This document shows positions 53,501 to 64,000 of a stretch of DNA of 64,000 bases, in pieces. A program made the translations under genes and the position numbers. Source of the DNA: Phoronis australis (lineage: Eukaryota > Animalia > Phoronida). Below the pieces are notes generated by a model. That model saw only the letters and a list, made by a program, of their open reading frames with translations, was not told where the DNA came from and ran no database searches. Numbering within the stretch: the first letter of the stretch is position 1; each line of letters opens with the position of its first letter. Location: NCBI GenBank assembly GCA_002633005.1, contig NMRA01000265.1:178328-242327 (forward strand). Direction: 5' to 3'.

Positions 53501-54203
53501 TTCGCACTAAAATTTCATATTCCGACAATATGAAAAACGCTACTTGATTTCACGCTAACACAGGACACTGATTGCCCCCGCCAAATACATGTACGTCACG
53601 AGACTGAGCAGCGCTCCAAGTCTGTAATTGTTTTGAAATTCGTTAGAGAATAAAAGTTTAATTTTTGTTGTTGAATTATTTGTGAAATTAATCAACTATT
53701 CATGGAAAACTATCCAGAATTTATTCAGAATAAAATACAGTTCCCTTTTAATACTATAAACCGGGCGCACGCGCTACTGCAGCTGACAACTTGAGGCCAT
53801 TTAGTGTTACTGGTCACGTGACACGGTTAATTGCCGTGTAAACAAACGGGGAAATCTGCTCTTTTCAAAGCGCGATATCTAACAAATAAAGGGGCGGAAG
53901 AGTGTGATTTTTCCAGAAACATACAAAAACATACAGATGTATGCTGTAGCACTTTCTTGCGTTTTTTAAGAGTTAATCACTCGACAGGGAAAATATCAAA
54001 CTAATAGAAGATCGCAACCAGTGGCAGATTCTCGAATTGTCTGAGCGGCTGCACGCTTGTTATCCACTATGAGCGTTTTATTTTTTTCGTTTTTTCAAGA
54101 GAAACCAGTAAGATCGCGCAAATTTATCATTTTTAAATTAAAATTCGTGTCGCTCGATGCAAATACATTATATCCAGGAGACGCGCTGCTCACTTGGGAC
54201 GTA

Positions 54204-54233
54204 CATTAAATGCGACCCAGGTCGCATTTAATG
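54204..54233. repeat. Palindrome, 14-bp arms with a 2-bp spacer
   Basis: cattaaatgcgacc-ca-ggtcgcatttaatg. Confidence 0.9.
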
Positions 54234-55124
54234 GGGAATCTAAATTTAATGTGAACTACTGTGGAAAATGACCTCATTGGAGTCATATAGATAAATGACA
54301 GGTTTTTAAAGTTCATTATTGTGTTTTCGCCCACCTTGTGCTATACAACTAAATTCGAGAATTCCATAATGTAATAAGCAAAAAACAAAAACTCAGTTCC
54401 TCTCCTGTGCATCGCTCGGGATTATCAACGGACAAACATTTTTCTCTCACGCACGGCATTCCTCTCTCACGGATCTGAAGTCACCCCCGATCAAGAACCA
54501 GGCACTTGTTGGTGTTTTGCAGTATCTCCACATCGTGTAATTATGTAATCACAAAGAGATCAGCCCCGCTCCCACACATTATTTCGAACCCTTCCAATCC
54601 ATCCCCGCCCTTAATCTGATATACATGTACGTGCTGCGCGTCCCGCAGCCGACGAGAAATTTAAAATAAATTCTTCTCCCACGCACACTTGGCCTCAGTT
54701 CTCACGATTCCAAATAGACTTTTATAGTAAAAAAACTTGGCAGCTACACGAAGATTCTTAACATGTGGCCATGTATTTTGGATTAGTCTTCATGCAGTTC
54801 AGTAGTCAGATATTATATCCTGGCATGAGCAGTGTAAAATGGCCATTTGCCAAGTTGAGCAACTGAACAAAGGACTGTTCGAAAAATTATGCTTGTTTTT
54901 GCTTCAGCCCAGCTTTTCCACATCATATTTCTGGTCTGCACGCCGTTCGGTACTTTCACTCCCTAATTGCGGCATATATTGAAAAAGTAAGATTTCCAAT
55001 GCCGCACGTTACTCAGGTGATCCCGAGACCTAAACATTCGAGTATCGAACATTATTGAAAGATCGCCAGTTGCAGGTACAATGTATCGCGTCTGCTTATC
55101 CCAACCCCCAGTTGCGGAGAAACC

Positions 55125-55486
55125 CAGTGGCGGATTTAGAGGGGGGCCAAGACCCCCTAAAATTCTCCCAGATTCCATTTAGCAGTTCAGGGGTGCGAAA
55201 GTCCGACAGGCAGAATCCTAACTAATACATGCGCGAACCCAGGCCGGGGGGCTCGGGGGCTTCTTAGAGAAACAAAAAGTCCGAGGAAAGGGAACAAAGG
55301 TCCACAGGAATTCGTCGCGAATGCACAGTGCATGGGGTTGAACCTAGTACTCGTCTTTTTGTTCCAGTAAAAGGTCCACATTACCGGAAAATTCGACCCC
55401 CTCTATATTTTAGGCTGGGTGCGCGCATGTGAGCCTCTGCCTTGCCCCCCCACCCCCTAAAATCAAAATTCTGGATTCGCCCCTGG
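55125..55486. mobile_element. G/C-run MITE copy carrying a nested 202-bp TIR element (55228-55429)
   Basis: Outer cagtggcggattta ... ctggattcgcccctg; inner TIRs catgcgcgaacccag / ctgggtgcgcgcatg. Confidence 0.75.
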
Positions 55487-56360
55487 AATCGTTGAATAAT
55501 GACGGGGCGGGTTTTTACGGACGTGAGGTCATTTTTTCATGGGTTAAAAAGTCTTCAGATTAAATTTAAGCCCCTGTAAAAAAACTAGCCGGAGTCATTT
55601 TTCCTGGGGTCATTATTTAGTGCTACACCGGCTCGCTTGGGTACATTTCCACTCGGTTTCCAGTGGGAAATTCTGTATTTCGGGTATAGCTCGGATGCGC
55701 AATTCAGTCGTACAGGTTTGATGTTTTGATTACTATGTACTTTCACTTTTTTGTGCAAGTTTTGAGTCACAAAACAAAGAGCTCGTAAGCAGGCAATGCA
55801 AATCCACAAAATTTCCAATATCAATTTTAACATAAGTACAGATTTTGCAGGGATATGTTTTAATAAACAGAATAAATCTGACTTCGGAATGCTTGTTGAG
55901 AAATGAGTTTTTAGAGCAGTAAATATTTCAACAGAGAATACATTATTCACTTAGATGTACTGATTTCAATGGCTAGTGAGTAGGCTCGGGGATGTTATTT
56001 TTCAGAACAAGTAAAAATACATATGATTGTCATTGATACCAAATATTTACTTAAGTACAATTAACAAACATCATCATCATTGGATAAAAGCATATGCTGG
56101 TCAATAATTATCTTTTAATTGATCTTATATGATCTCAATCACCAAGACTGATTTGGAAACAACGCATAATCGCTCCGCTTAAACAACGGTGGCAGCAACT
56201 TTCTACTCCATGGCCGAACCAAAAATCCCATGACTCCAAGGCAGGACCAAAAAACTTAACTCTTTGACTGCAAGCATAACACTGCGAGACCGCCGATTTT
56301 CAGACTGATGCCGTCACTTTTGTCCTGTGTAACACTCTCCAATAGCACCCCGGCCAACCC

Positions 56361-56823
56361 GCGATCGAGAACAACCGGAAGGCGATCGAGAACGAAATTT
56401 GGCGCGAGAAGCGAAGCCAGAAAATGTAAGTAAATTTGATGAATTTTTGGTTGTTTTGAGCTTCAATACGAAAACAGAGACATGAGTTCAAGGCGCAATG
56501 CATTGAGGAAGAACAGGTAGAAGTTTAGGCTTGTGTCTCGTCCAAATATTGGAGAAAAGTTACGTTAACCGATGCATCGCTTGAGCCGAAGGTGATTTGT
56601 ATGTCATTTTTACAGATTTTGGTTATTTTTGGTTCTATATCAATATATTAATCATGAAGTTATGAAGAAATGACGTATGAAAATGTAACCCAACGCTTGT
56701 TTTCCGTAGCATTGTCAGGATCTCTGATTTATGAACCTTTTTCTGTTAAAAGAAGCGATCGAGAACGCAATGATAAGCGATTGGGAACGCACATTTGAGT
56801 TCGCTAAAGCGATCGATAACGCA
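56361..56823 (+). repeat. Five dispersed GCGATCGAGAAC-type motifs around exon 1 of the transposase gene
   Basis: Exact at 56361, 56382 and 56755; variants at 56777 and 56809. Confidence 0.8.
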
Positions 56824-56970
56824 TTGCGGTGTGTTGAACAATAGTGAACTTTTCAGTAATAAAGAGTTTTAAAAGTTACAAAACAAGTGTGGTTCAATGA
56901 ATTAATGATATTTTGCATCATTACTGTGTTACTTTCGTGTCAAAAAAAACTAAATTTCATAGCATAGCAT

Positions 56971-57265
56971 CCCATACCAAAAAGGCCTCCTGCAAACACT
57001 TGCAGCAAACTTGCCGCAAAAGTTTCTGCAAACCAGCCACAAACACATGGAATGATCTGTTGTAAGTTTCCTGCAACCCAGCCGCAAACATTACAGCAAG
57101 CCTGCTGCATGTTTGCCGCTAGCATGCAGCAAACTTTCACCATCCAAATGAAGTTTGCAGCAAGCTTGCAGCAAACATCTCCATGTCCTTATTTGGAACA
57201 GTTCCTGCAAGGCAGCTGCACACATTGCTGCAAGCTTGCTGCAAACATCTTCATGAGGTTATGGA
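56971..57265. mobile_element. CACTA/EnSpm-like non-autonomous element in intron 1 of the transposase
   Basis: cccatac ... ttatgg ends; filled with palindromic tgcagcaa(a/g)cttgc(t/a/c)gcaa repeats. Confidence 0.6.
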
Positions 57266-59980
57266 TATTTTCACAAACGATTTTATTTTTATTTCAGGAA
57301 ACAATTTCATTGTTATTATTGCCCGGCAAGCTTCAACGACAATGTAAAAATCATTGCCCACGCTGTGGCGGTGCACTCTTCCAGGGTTTTAAAGTACAGA
57401 CGTCTCCTTTTAGATGAAACTACTGGGAAAATGGGACTCCAAACTAAGACGCACCCAGCAGTTATTCCACGAGACGTATCAGCCGGGGGAAAACAAATTG
57501 TTGCGGCTGATGAAAGTGAGTACCGAATATTTTTACAAAACTGCGACGACAAAAGAAAAAAACGAACACGCCAATGAAGTCAAGCAATGATAGTGAGTTT
57601 GCCAAAGAAAACCTGAAAATAGATGAGACTCCCAGTAATGAAGAATTAGAGTTTGACAAGTTGTGCTTCTTGCTTCCCCAAGTCATAGAGACAATGAAAG
57701 AAAATGGTCTCATGGAATCTTACGTGAAACTGAATGAACTTCTTGCCTCAGGTAGACTGCCTTTGAACAACATATGTTTCCTACTATTCTTGGATATAGT
57801 CGAGTGGTTTTCGGTGGAAAACACTTCCAAAATGCGTTACCAAAACCCACAAACTCTTCGGTTCTGGGAAATTGGCTACCAGCTATTTCATGGAAAGTTC
57901 ATCAGATTTATGTCTGGACAACGAAATACAGGTCAGATTTTAGATCAGTCAACATCAAGGGGAGAGTATAGCCCAGATGAATCCAAAGTGAACTTTGCAG
58001 TNGATAATGCAGAACCAATAATGATGTATGAAAACAAGTGCAAAGCACCCCAGTCCTATAATCCTAACGCATACTACAAGATTCCTAAATATTATGCTAT
58101 AGCCTACAGTTACTCTCTGAGATGTTTGCTTACAGATGTGACAAATTACTCTTTACGTGCTGGTCAGAGACGTCACTTACTGCTTTCATGGTTAATTTCG
58201 ACCACCATCTATGAGGAATGTGCTGGGAGGAAATGCCAGAAGTGTATGGCAGTCCAAATCCAAAGCTACCTACCAAGTTCACACCTAGTCGAAAGCTCAT
58301 CCAAGAACAAATCGCTGCATTTATGGAGAATAACATCCACTTTCTCGGTGAGTTGATGTCGTGTGTTGCTGTGAGATCACCATCGTCAGACGTCCAAAGT
58401 GATGACGCTTATATATCGCCACAGAGTTCAAATGACGCCAAGCCAATTTTTACAGCTAGAGACTTACAGAACTGCCTTGTGTCGACGAAAAACTGGATTA
58501 ATCGGGCTTATCAGTTTTCTAGGACAACTGCATCCGAGATTCTGGTCTATATGGTGAACGATTTAGACCGGACTTACCATGCCGAAATAAATGTTGCTCA
58601 TCCTATAGTGTATGCAATGAAGGGAACAAGCATGAATAATGCCACCTTTAGAAGTACGATGAATCACGTTATCTCTGAATGTGAAGCAAGGGGTCTAAAC
58701 GTGCTGGCCACGTCTAGTGATGGACAATGGCATAAGTACGGAGTTCGCTGTGATGACAACGAACCATTGACTGTCTTGCAATTACAGAAAGATCACTGGT
58801 CAAGTGTGATGTCACAAGATAAGAAGACGATTATGTCCCAAATAAAATCTAAAGCAAATGTAAAGAGTTTTCCTGAAGATGTCCAAAAAGAGTACAATGT
58901 CAATGGTTCCGTGACTGTCTGGCACAAGACAGATTCACCGATGACTGGGTATCTAAACACAGAGCACTCAAAATCCCAGAGAAATGCAATCATTGATGCT
59001 ACTTGCCAGAACAGATATGATGGAACTGAATCTCAGCTGTTACCTGTAAAAGAAACATGCCTCGCACACCTTGAGGATGAACACTTTGAAAACACCTCTC
59101 TCGAAACTCTAAATGCTGTTGAAAATATAATTGAAAGCTCAGTAACAAATAACGTGCAGAATTCGCAGGAGTTCCTTGGACAGGACTATTTTGTCGAACC
59201 ATGGTTGTTCCAAGAAGAACCAGGTGCTACACAAAGTTTTGGCGTAACATCTGACGTGCTCTCTGGGGCTTTTTAGGCCATGTACAGTAATGACCATGAC
59301 GACTTCTATGTGCAAACTGTGATCGATATGAGTGTTGATATAATACCTTTAAGAAGAGATGGTGACCATATGGAATTGGGCGAAGAAAATCTCAACTACA
59401 CAGTATATGCCAATGATGACAACACATGTGTGGACACAGAACATGTACTTGAAAGTAAGGAGAATAGAAATGCGGAGCTGTTAGTTTCTGAGAATCGTTA
59501 CACTGTGGACACTGCAACGTCTGAATCCATGCTGAATGCTTTAAAAGCAAATGAAATGGCTGAAAACTATCATACATGGTCACGAAAAACTGTTGAAGAC
59601 TTCAAAAGACTTTTTGCATGTAAGACGACTTGCAATAAGGCACTCCACAAGTTTGAACTCCAAATGTGTCTACAAGTGTTACGTGTGCAGCACGGTTTTT
59701 GTTTTGACATTAAACCTTCAAAGAAGGAGCTAGTGCAGTTGTTCACGTCTACATTGAACTTTGGGGTAAATCCCCCTAATAGGAAGTATCATCAGCGCAA
59801 TCGAAGTGTTTGCTCACTTAGAAAAATGTGTTGTTCTGTTTTAGAACGTGCATCAAAACAAGAGCTTGCTAAGATTCTCGCAGAAAACACATGAGGTAAA
59901 GCTTTACAACAGTGGATTGAATCTGGACCATTGTACCACACTTCGTGTTTTCTTGATAGTGAAAATAGCATGAAGAATTG

Positions 59981-60228
59981 GGGCCTGTTCCAAGAAACTA
60001 ACTTAAGTTCATTTTTGACTTAAGTTTATGATTTGTCTTAACTTTCAAACTTTGAAACTTCCACATTAGGCAAGTAAGTCAAAATTAAGACAAAACTTAT
60101 GTCAAACACTTAAAACAAACTTAAGATCTCTTTCTTGAATTGGTTTTGAGACAAATTTAAGTTTTATTTTAAAATTTACAAAAATTTAAGATTTGTCTTA
60201 GCTAAGTCAGTTTTGTTGGAACGGGCCC
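59981..60228. mobile_element. Harbinger-derived MITE, copy 3, inserted in the transposase ORF
   Basis: TIRs gggcctgttccaagaaa / tttgttggaacgggccc with a TTG target-site duplication. Excision restores the frame SMKNW-FSRPNTDQ. Confidence 0.95.
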
Positions 60229-62626
60229 TTGGTTTTCTCGTCCAAATACTGACCAATACGGCAAGAACAGGTTCCACTTCACCGACGCCTGTCACATTTT
60301 GACTTGTATTAGGACAAAACTCTGTACTACTGGAATTGCTGGTTTAAAGCGAAAAGCATGGGAAGATGTTGCTCTATCTCGAAAAACCCATTTCAATATT
60401 GCTGTGATTGAGGATTGCGTTGGCAAGCAAGATGTAGCTTCAGCATGACGTGTATTTTCCAGGGATGTTCAAGAAAATATGCTTGACGAATATGTCAACG
60501 AGAAAGAATTTTGTGAGTTAATACGAAACTGGTTTGATGCCAAGGACGAGCCTGCCATACCTGATGCTGAAAGATGCATCCGAAGGCTTCGACTTAGAAA
60601 ATGGCTTTTAGAAGAATTTGCAGTGAACACGTTTCCGCCACAAACCCGATATATCAGAGGCATACCGATACAGACTTTCGAGGCATTGTTGGTGCACTTG
60701 GAAAGGAAAATGCAAATTTTCCCTTTCTGCAGAAATCAAACATATAATGTTCGTGCAATAGGTTCTCAGCAGGTGGAAAACTTTTCAACATTCCGAGATA
60801 TGGACTCCACTGGACAAGGGACACCAAAACCAGACTCCATTCCTCAAATGATGACAGCAGTTGCAGATTTAGACAACTGCAGAATTGACCCAAGCAGGTA
60901 AGCATGATTTAGAATCAAGCTTGTTTCCTACACATGATTAACTGTAAATTACGTGGAAATATCAACTCTCATGTTTGATATTTGTTATTTTTCAGTTAAA
61001 ATTTTGAAGATGTGGCAACAAAACGCTCCGTGAATAAAAAATGGAAAAGTTTCACATACCTATCCTCTGAGCTGTGACGGGAAAAAAGTTTTGAGGGCGA
61101 TGTAAGTGTAAATTTATTTTCACACAAGGGCTCGTATGTATAATCAAAATAGTTAGGAACTAGTTGGACTGTAAGAAATTACATTAATTTAACAATTAGC
61201 TTGTCAGGTTTTGTAAGAAGTGCCACTAAGAATTTGAATTGTTTCAAATGCATTCACGTTTACATGTTTAATCTTCTATAAAACCCCCTACTTGGTTTCA
61301 GATCATTCTATTTGTCAACCACACGAGCCGGAGTGTATCCAATGAGACAGTTTGAGTCCGATGGAATCCAAGAATGTTTTCACGGCCAAACGCAAGGCAT
61401 TCATTCTGCATTAGTTTCTAGTCTGATAACTCCAAGGTTAGTGTTATGTGATACACGTTAACTGTAATTGTTTTCTTATATACATTACTTTTTTCTGTAG
61501 TCAACTTTCTCTTTTTTCGTCTTCATCTATTCGTTATCATGTCGCATATTAGTGCTGATAAAGTCAGGTAAAGCACCATTGTTTTAAAAAATATTCAAAT
61601 CGTGGCATTGCCAAATAAGCAAGGTTTTCATGAGCGCCGGGTCAAAAATACCCCTCAATAAACAAACGTCCAAGCGCTCATGCGTCGTATTACGGTATTT
61701 CCACTACTTTGAAAACAACGGGCAAGTGTAATGCAGCTTACAGGCTAGCGTCGAAAGCTTTAAAGGAGGATTGATTACTCATTAAATTTTGAGACGTCAT
61801 AAGGTCGTAACCCTTTCATTCTCTTCAGTAGACGACGATACCAAATCCAAGATTCCCTTTTCCAGGGACCATTACTTTGATTCAGTACAAACAGATTGGA
61901 AGAAGCATCTTCGGAAAGGAGGGAAAGTGTCGTTGCCAAGCGAGTCCGCCCATGGTGAGAAAGGAGTGCGACAACACCATTCGCGAGATGACTCGAAGAT
62001 ACTTGCTCATAAACGACTCGGATTTCAAAATTTGTCAGAAGTTGTGTAGCCAAAAGTATTGTGGTGATAAAAGTGGTGGGATTTTGTTTAATGGTTTACT
62101 AATAACATCCATACAGAGTTGAACAGACTGACTTGCTACATCCTTGTGGCTTGTATGTGTTTTTTGTGTTCTTGGTCCCGAGTTTACTGTGCTATTTCAG
62201 TTCATGGGACATTGAAAAAGAGTGAGAGGAGTTGTAATACACATACTATATTGTGATTTTCTAAAAACGTAGTGACAATGTTGTCTTTAAGTCATTTCAA
62301 GACACACTATAGTAACTACACTGGAAATCAACAATATGAAAGCAAATTCCGTAATAATAGTAATCTTCTCAAAATAGGTCATAAAAATATATAAAATACA
62401 GCTCTGGGTAATCAACATTACAAAGGCATTGAACATTCACACGAGGTATTTTTGGAATGCATTGCACTTATTATAGACACTTATTTTCTTTTTAAAATCT
62501 TATGGAAATAACAATGGCCTATGGCACTTAGTATGGTCATTTGAATATACCTAAACACTACAAAAATGTACTGGTTCTGTTTAAGATAGATAAAATAAAA
62601 CAAATGTAGAAACTTTAGAAAAAGGT

Positions 62627-63223
62627 TCAAAATATCACATCTGGCAACTGCCAACCATAAACTCTTTTAATCAGAATAAAAACTAATTTCACTACTGGAC
62701 TTAATGAAGCTTCTGTTTTTGTGCCTACCGAGGGAGACATAATGCTTGTACGATTTGCCTCATTCACAACAGAAAGCTTTAGGCTCACTTTCTCTGTGAA
62801 ACATTGGTTGCAGGCATGACACTGAATTGTCTTATCTCCTGAGCACAGTGTTTCATGTTGTGACTTTTTGTACCTATTGAAAAACTTTTTGCCACATGAA
62901 ACACATGAAAATGCTTTGTAGTTTGCGTGCTGGCTCATGTGATCTTGAAACTTTGTTTGTCTCACGAACACTTTCCCACAGTCCGTCACTGGGCAAGCGA
63001 ACGTCTTGGTTGCAGTCCTGTCACAATGCTTTGTTGCCATGTGGTCAAGCAGTGTTGATTTTTTACTAAACGAAGCTCCACAAGTCACACACAGTCCTTT
63101 GTCACAAGCACTAGTTCTCCTTTTTGAAGGTGTAGACGTTAAGAAGCGAAAAAACTCATCTTGTAAATTCCCGGATTCGCCGAAGAAAATTTCGGGCCAC
63201 ATCTTAACGTGATAAAACTTCAC
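62627..63223 (-). CDS. Tandem C2H2 zinc-finger protein (two canonical fingers, one C2HC, one broken), possibly truncated
   Basis: LCVTCGASFSKKSTLLDHMATKH, FACPVTDCGKVFVRQTKFQDHMSQH, FSCVSCGKKFFNRYKKSQHETLC, IQCHACNQCFTEKVSLK (His pair missing). Confidence 0.8.
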   Translation of the reverse strand: MKFYHVKMWPEIFFGESGNLQDEFFRFLTSTPSKRRTSACDKGLCVTCGASFSKKSTLLDHMATKHCDRTATKTFACPVTDCGKVFVRQTKFQDHMSQHANYKAFSCVSCGKKFFNRYKKSQHETLCSGDKTIQCHACNQCFTEKVSLKLSVVNEANRTSIMSPSVGTKTEASLSPVVKLVFILIKRVYGWQLPDVIF

Positions 63224-64000
63224 AAAACAACGGTGTTTCTACTAATTCTTAAGCGATAAAATTACCAAACTTTGTGGTGGACAAAAAGTTTATTTTTCAC
63301 ACAAGATGTACTTATTACATGTACCAAATATCCACGACCATATCCCTGATATGGCACTGCGGCACCGCCCCGCGCAAGCGGTCCCGGCAGACAATCGTGT
63401 CTTAGACTGAGATGTGCTTCTCCTTTTTATCGTATTAAGACAGCCAATGTGAAAATGACAACCTTATTAATCGCCAAACGACGGTCACATCTTTACTTTC
63501 AGTTGCCAAGAAATTCTCAAACCCTTTACTTGTTTCTGGGGCTACGTGTGCGAAATATGATTTGCCTTTCACACGTTGTTGCCAACGTAAAGTGTAGGCC
63601 TACTCCAGCGATTCAAGTGGGTGAACTCACGCGTGCGCATCACTTCAAAGAACAGCGACAGTCCTAAATGAAAGAGTATACCGGCTTGGCTCTGGTTTAT
63701 TTGAAAATGAACTCAGATTCCCAGCGGTTATAAACTGAAGACCGGATGTCCCGGGACCGATATAACCCAGAACTGACGTTTTCCTGTTCCGATGTTTCCC
63801 GAGGTCGATGTTCTGTAAACCCTGTATTCTATGCCCGTAGCCAGCTATTGCAACTAAACTGGCACTAGATGCGAAATTGTGGTTCAAGTTAGCGAACTTT
63901 TCATTCTTCTCTTTATACACCCCCCCCCCGGCAACTTTTCGGTCCCCGAACCACTGTCGCCGTAAAATGTTCAGACTCCTATAGAAACAACCTTGTTCCG

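Larger units (their letters stand above)
56424..62049 (+). pseudogene. Spliced P-element/THAP9-like DDE transposase with an N-terminal C2H2 finger and an internal YqaJ-like nuclease; inactivated. Exons: ..56425, 57298-60897, 61302-61436, 61866-62049
   Basis: Canonical GT-AG sites, all phase 2. Motifs: FHCYYCPASF..HAVAVH; ENKC..YKIPKYY..LQLLSEM..LLFTCWS..FD..L(W); GLNVLATSSDGQ; FTDACHILTCIR; KQDVASA*RVFS; FCELIRNWFDAKD; YNVRAIGSQQVENFSTFR. Lesions: frameshifts near 57575 and 58100, stops at 58212, 59274, 59892 and 60446, a MITE at 59981 and an N at 58002. Confidence 0.85.

Noticed and set aside
57052-57417. 121-aa Cys/Gln-rich ORF and its antisense 56940-57143
   Set aside because: They are translations of the palindromic repeats in the CACTA-like MITE; the real frame after 57298 is different.
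58212-60448. In-frame TGA/TAG codons as programmed readthrough or selenocysteine
   Set aside because: Several fall at probable Trp/Arg positions (TGG or CGA to TGA) and accompany frameshifts and a MITE insertion, consistent with ordinary pseudogene decay.

Overview
AT-rich, intron- and repeat-dominated eukaryotic genomic DNA, most likely from an invertebrate animal; the taxon is inferred from style only. Most of the supplied ORFs are spurious. Left end: three phase-compatible minus-strand exons (7121-6938, 4959-4857, 2363-2273) encode a Raf-like Ras-binding domain followed directly by the start of a Dbl-homology (RhoGEF) domain. The gene runs off the left edge and its 5' exons were not located with confidence. 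Middle: a mosaic of MITEs, fold-backs, a 46-bp minisatellite, an Academ-like relic and a Penelope-like inverted repeat with hammerhead-ribozyme cores. Right end (56.4-63.2 kb): the most unusual feature is a spliced, now decayed P-element/THAP9-like DDE transposase gene. It has an N-terminal C2H2 finger instead of THAP, a YqaJ/lambda-exonuclease-like domain just upstream of the second catalytic motif, and a start codon split by intron 1. It lies tail-to-tail with a multi-C2H2 zinc-finger ORF. One terminus of a PIF/Harbinger element carrying a Myb/SANT exon lies nearby, and one of its daughter MITEs has inserted into the transposase. All assignments come from manual translation and motif recognition; no searches were run.
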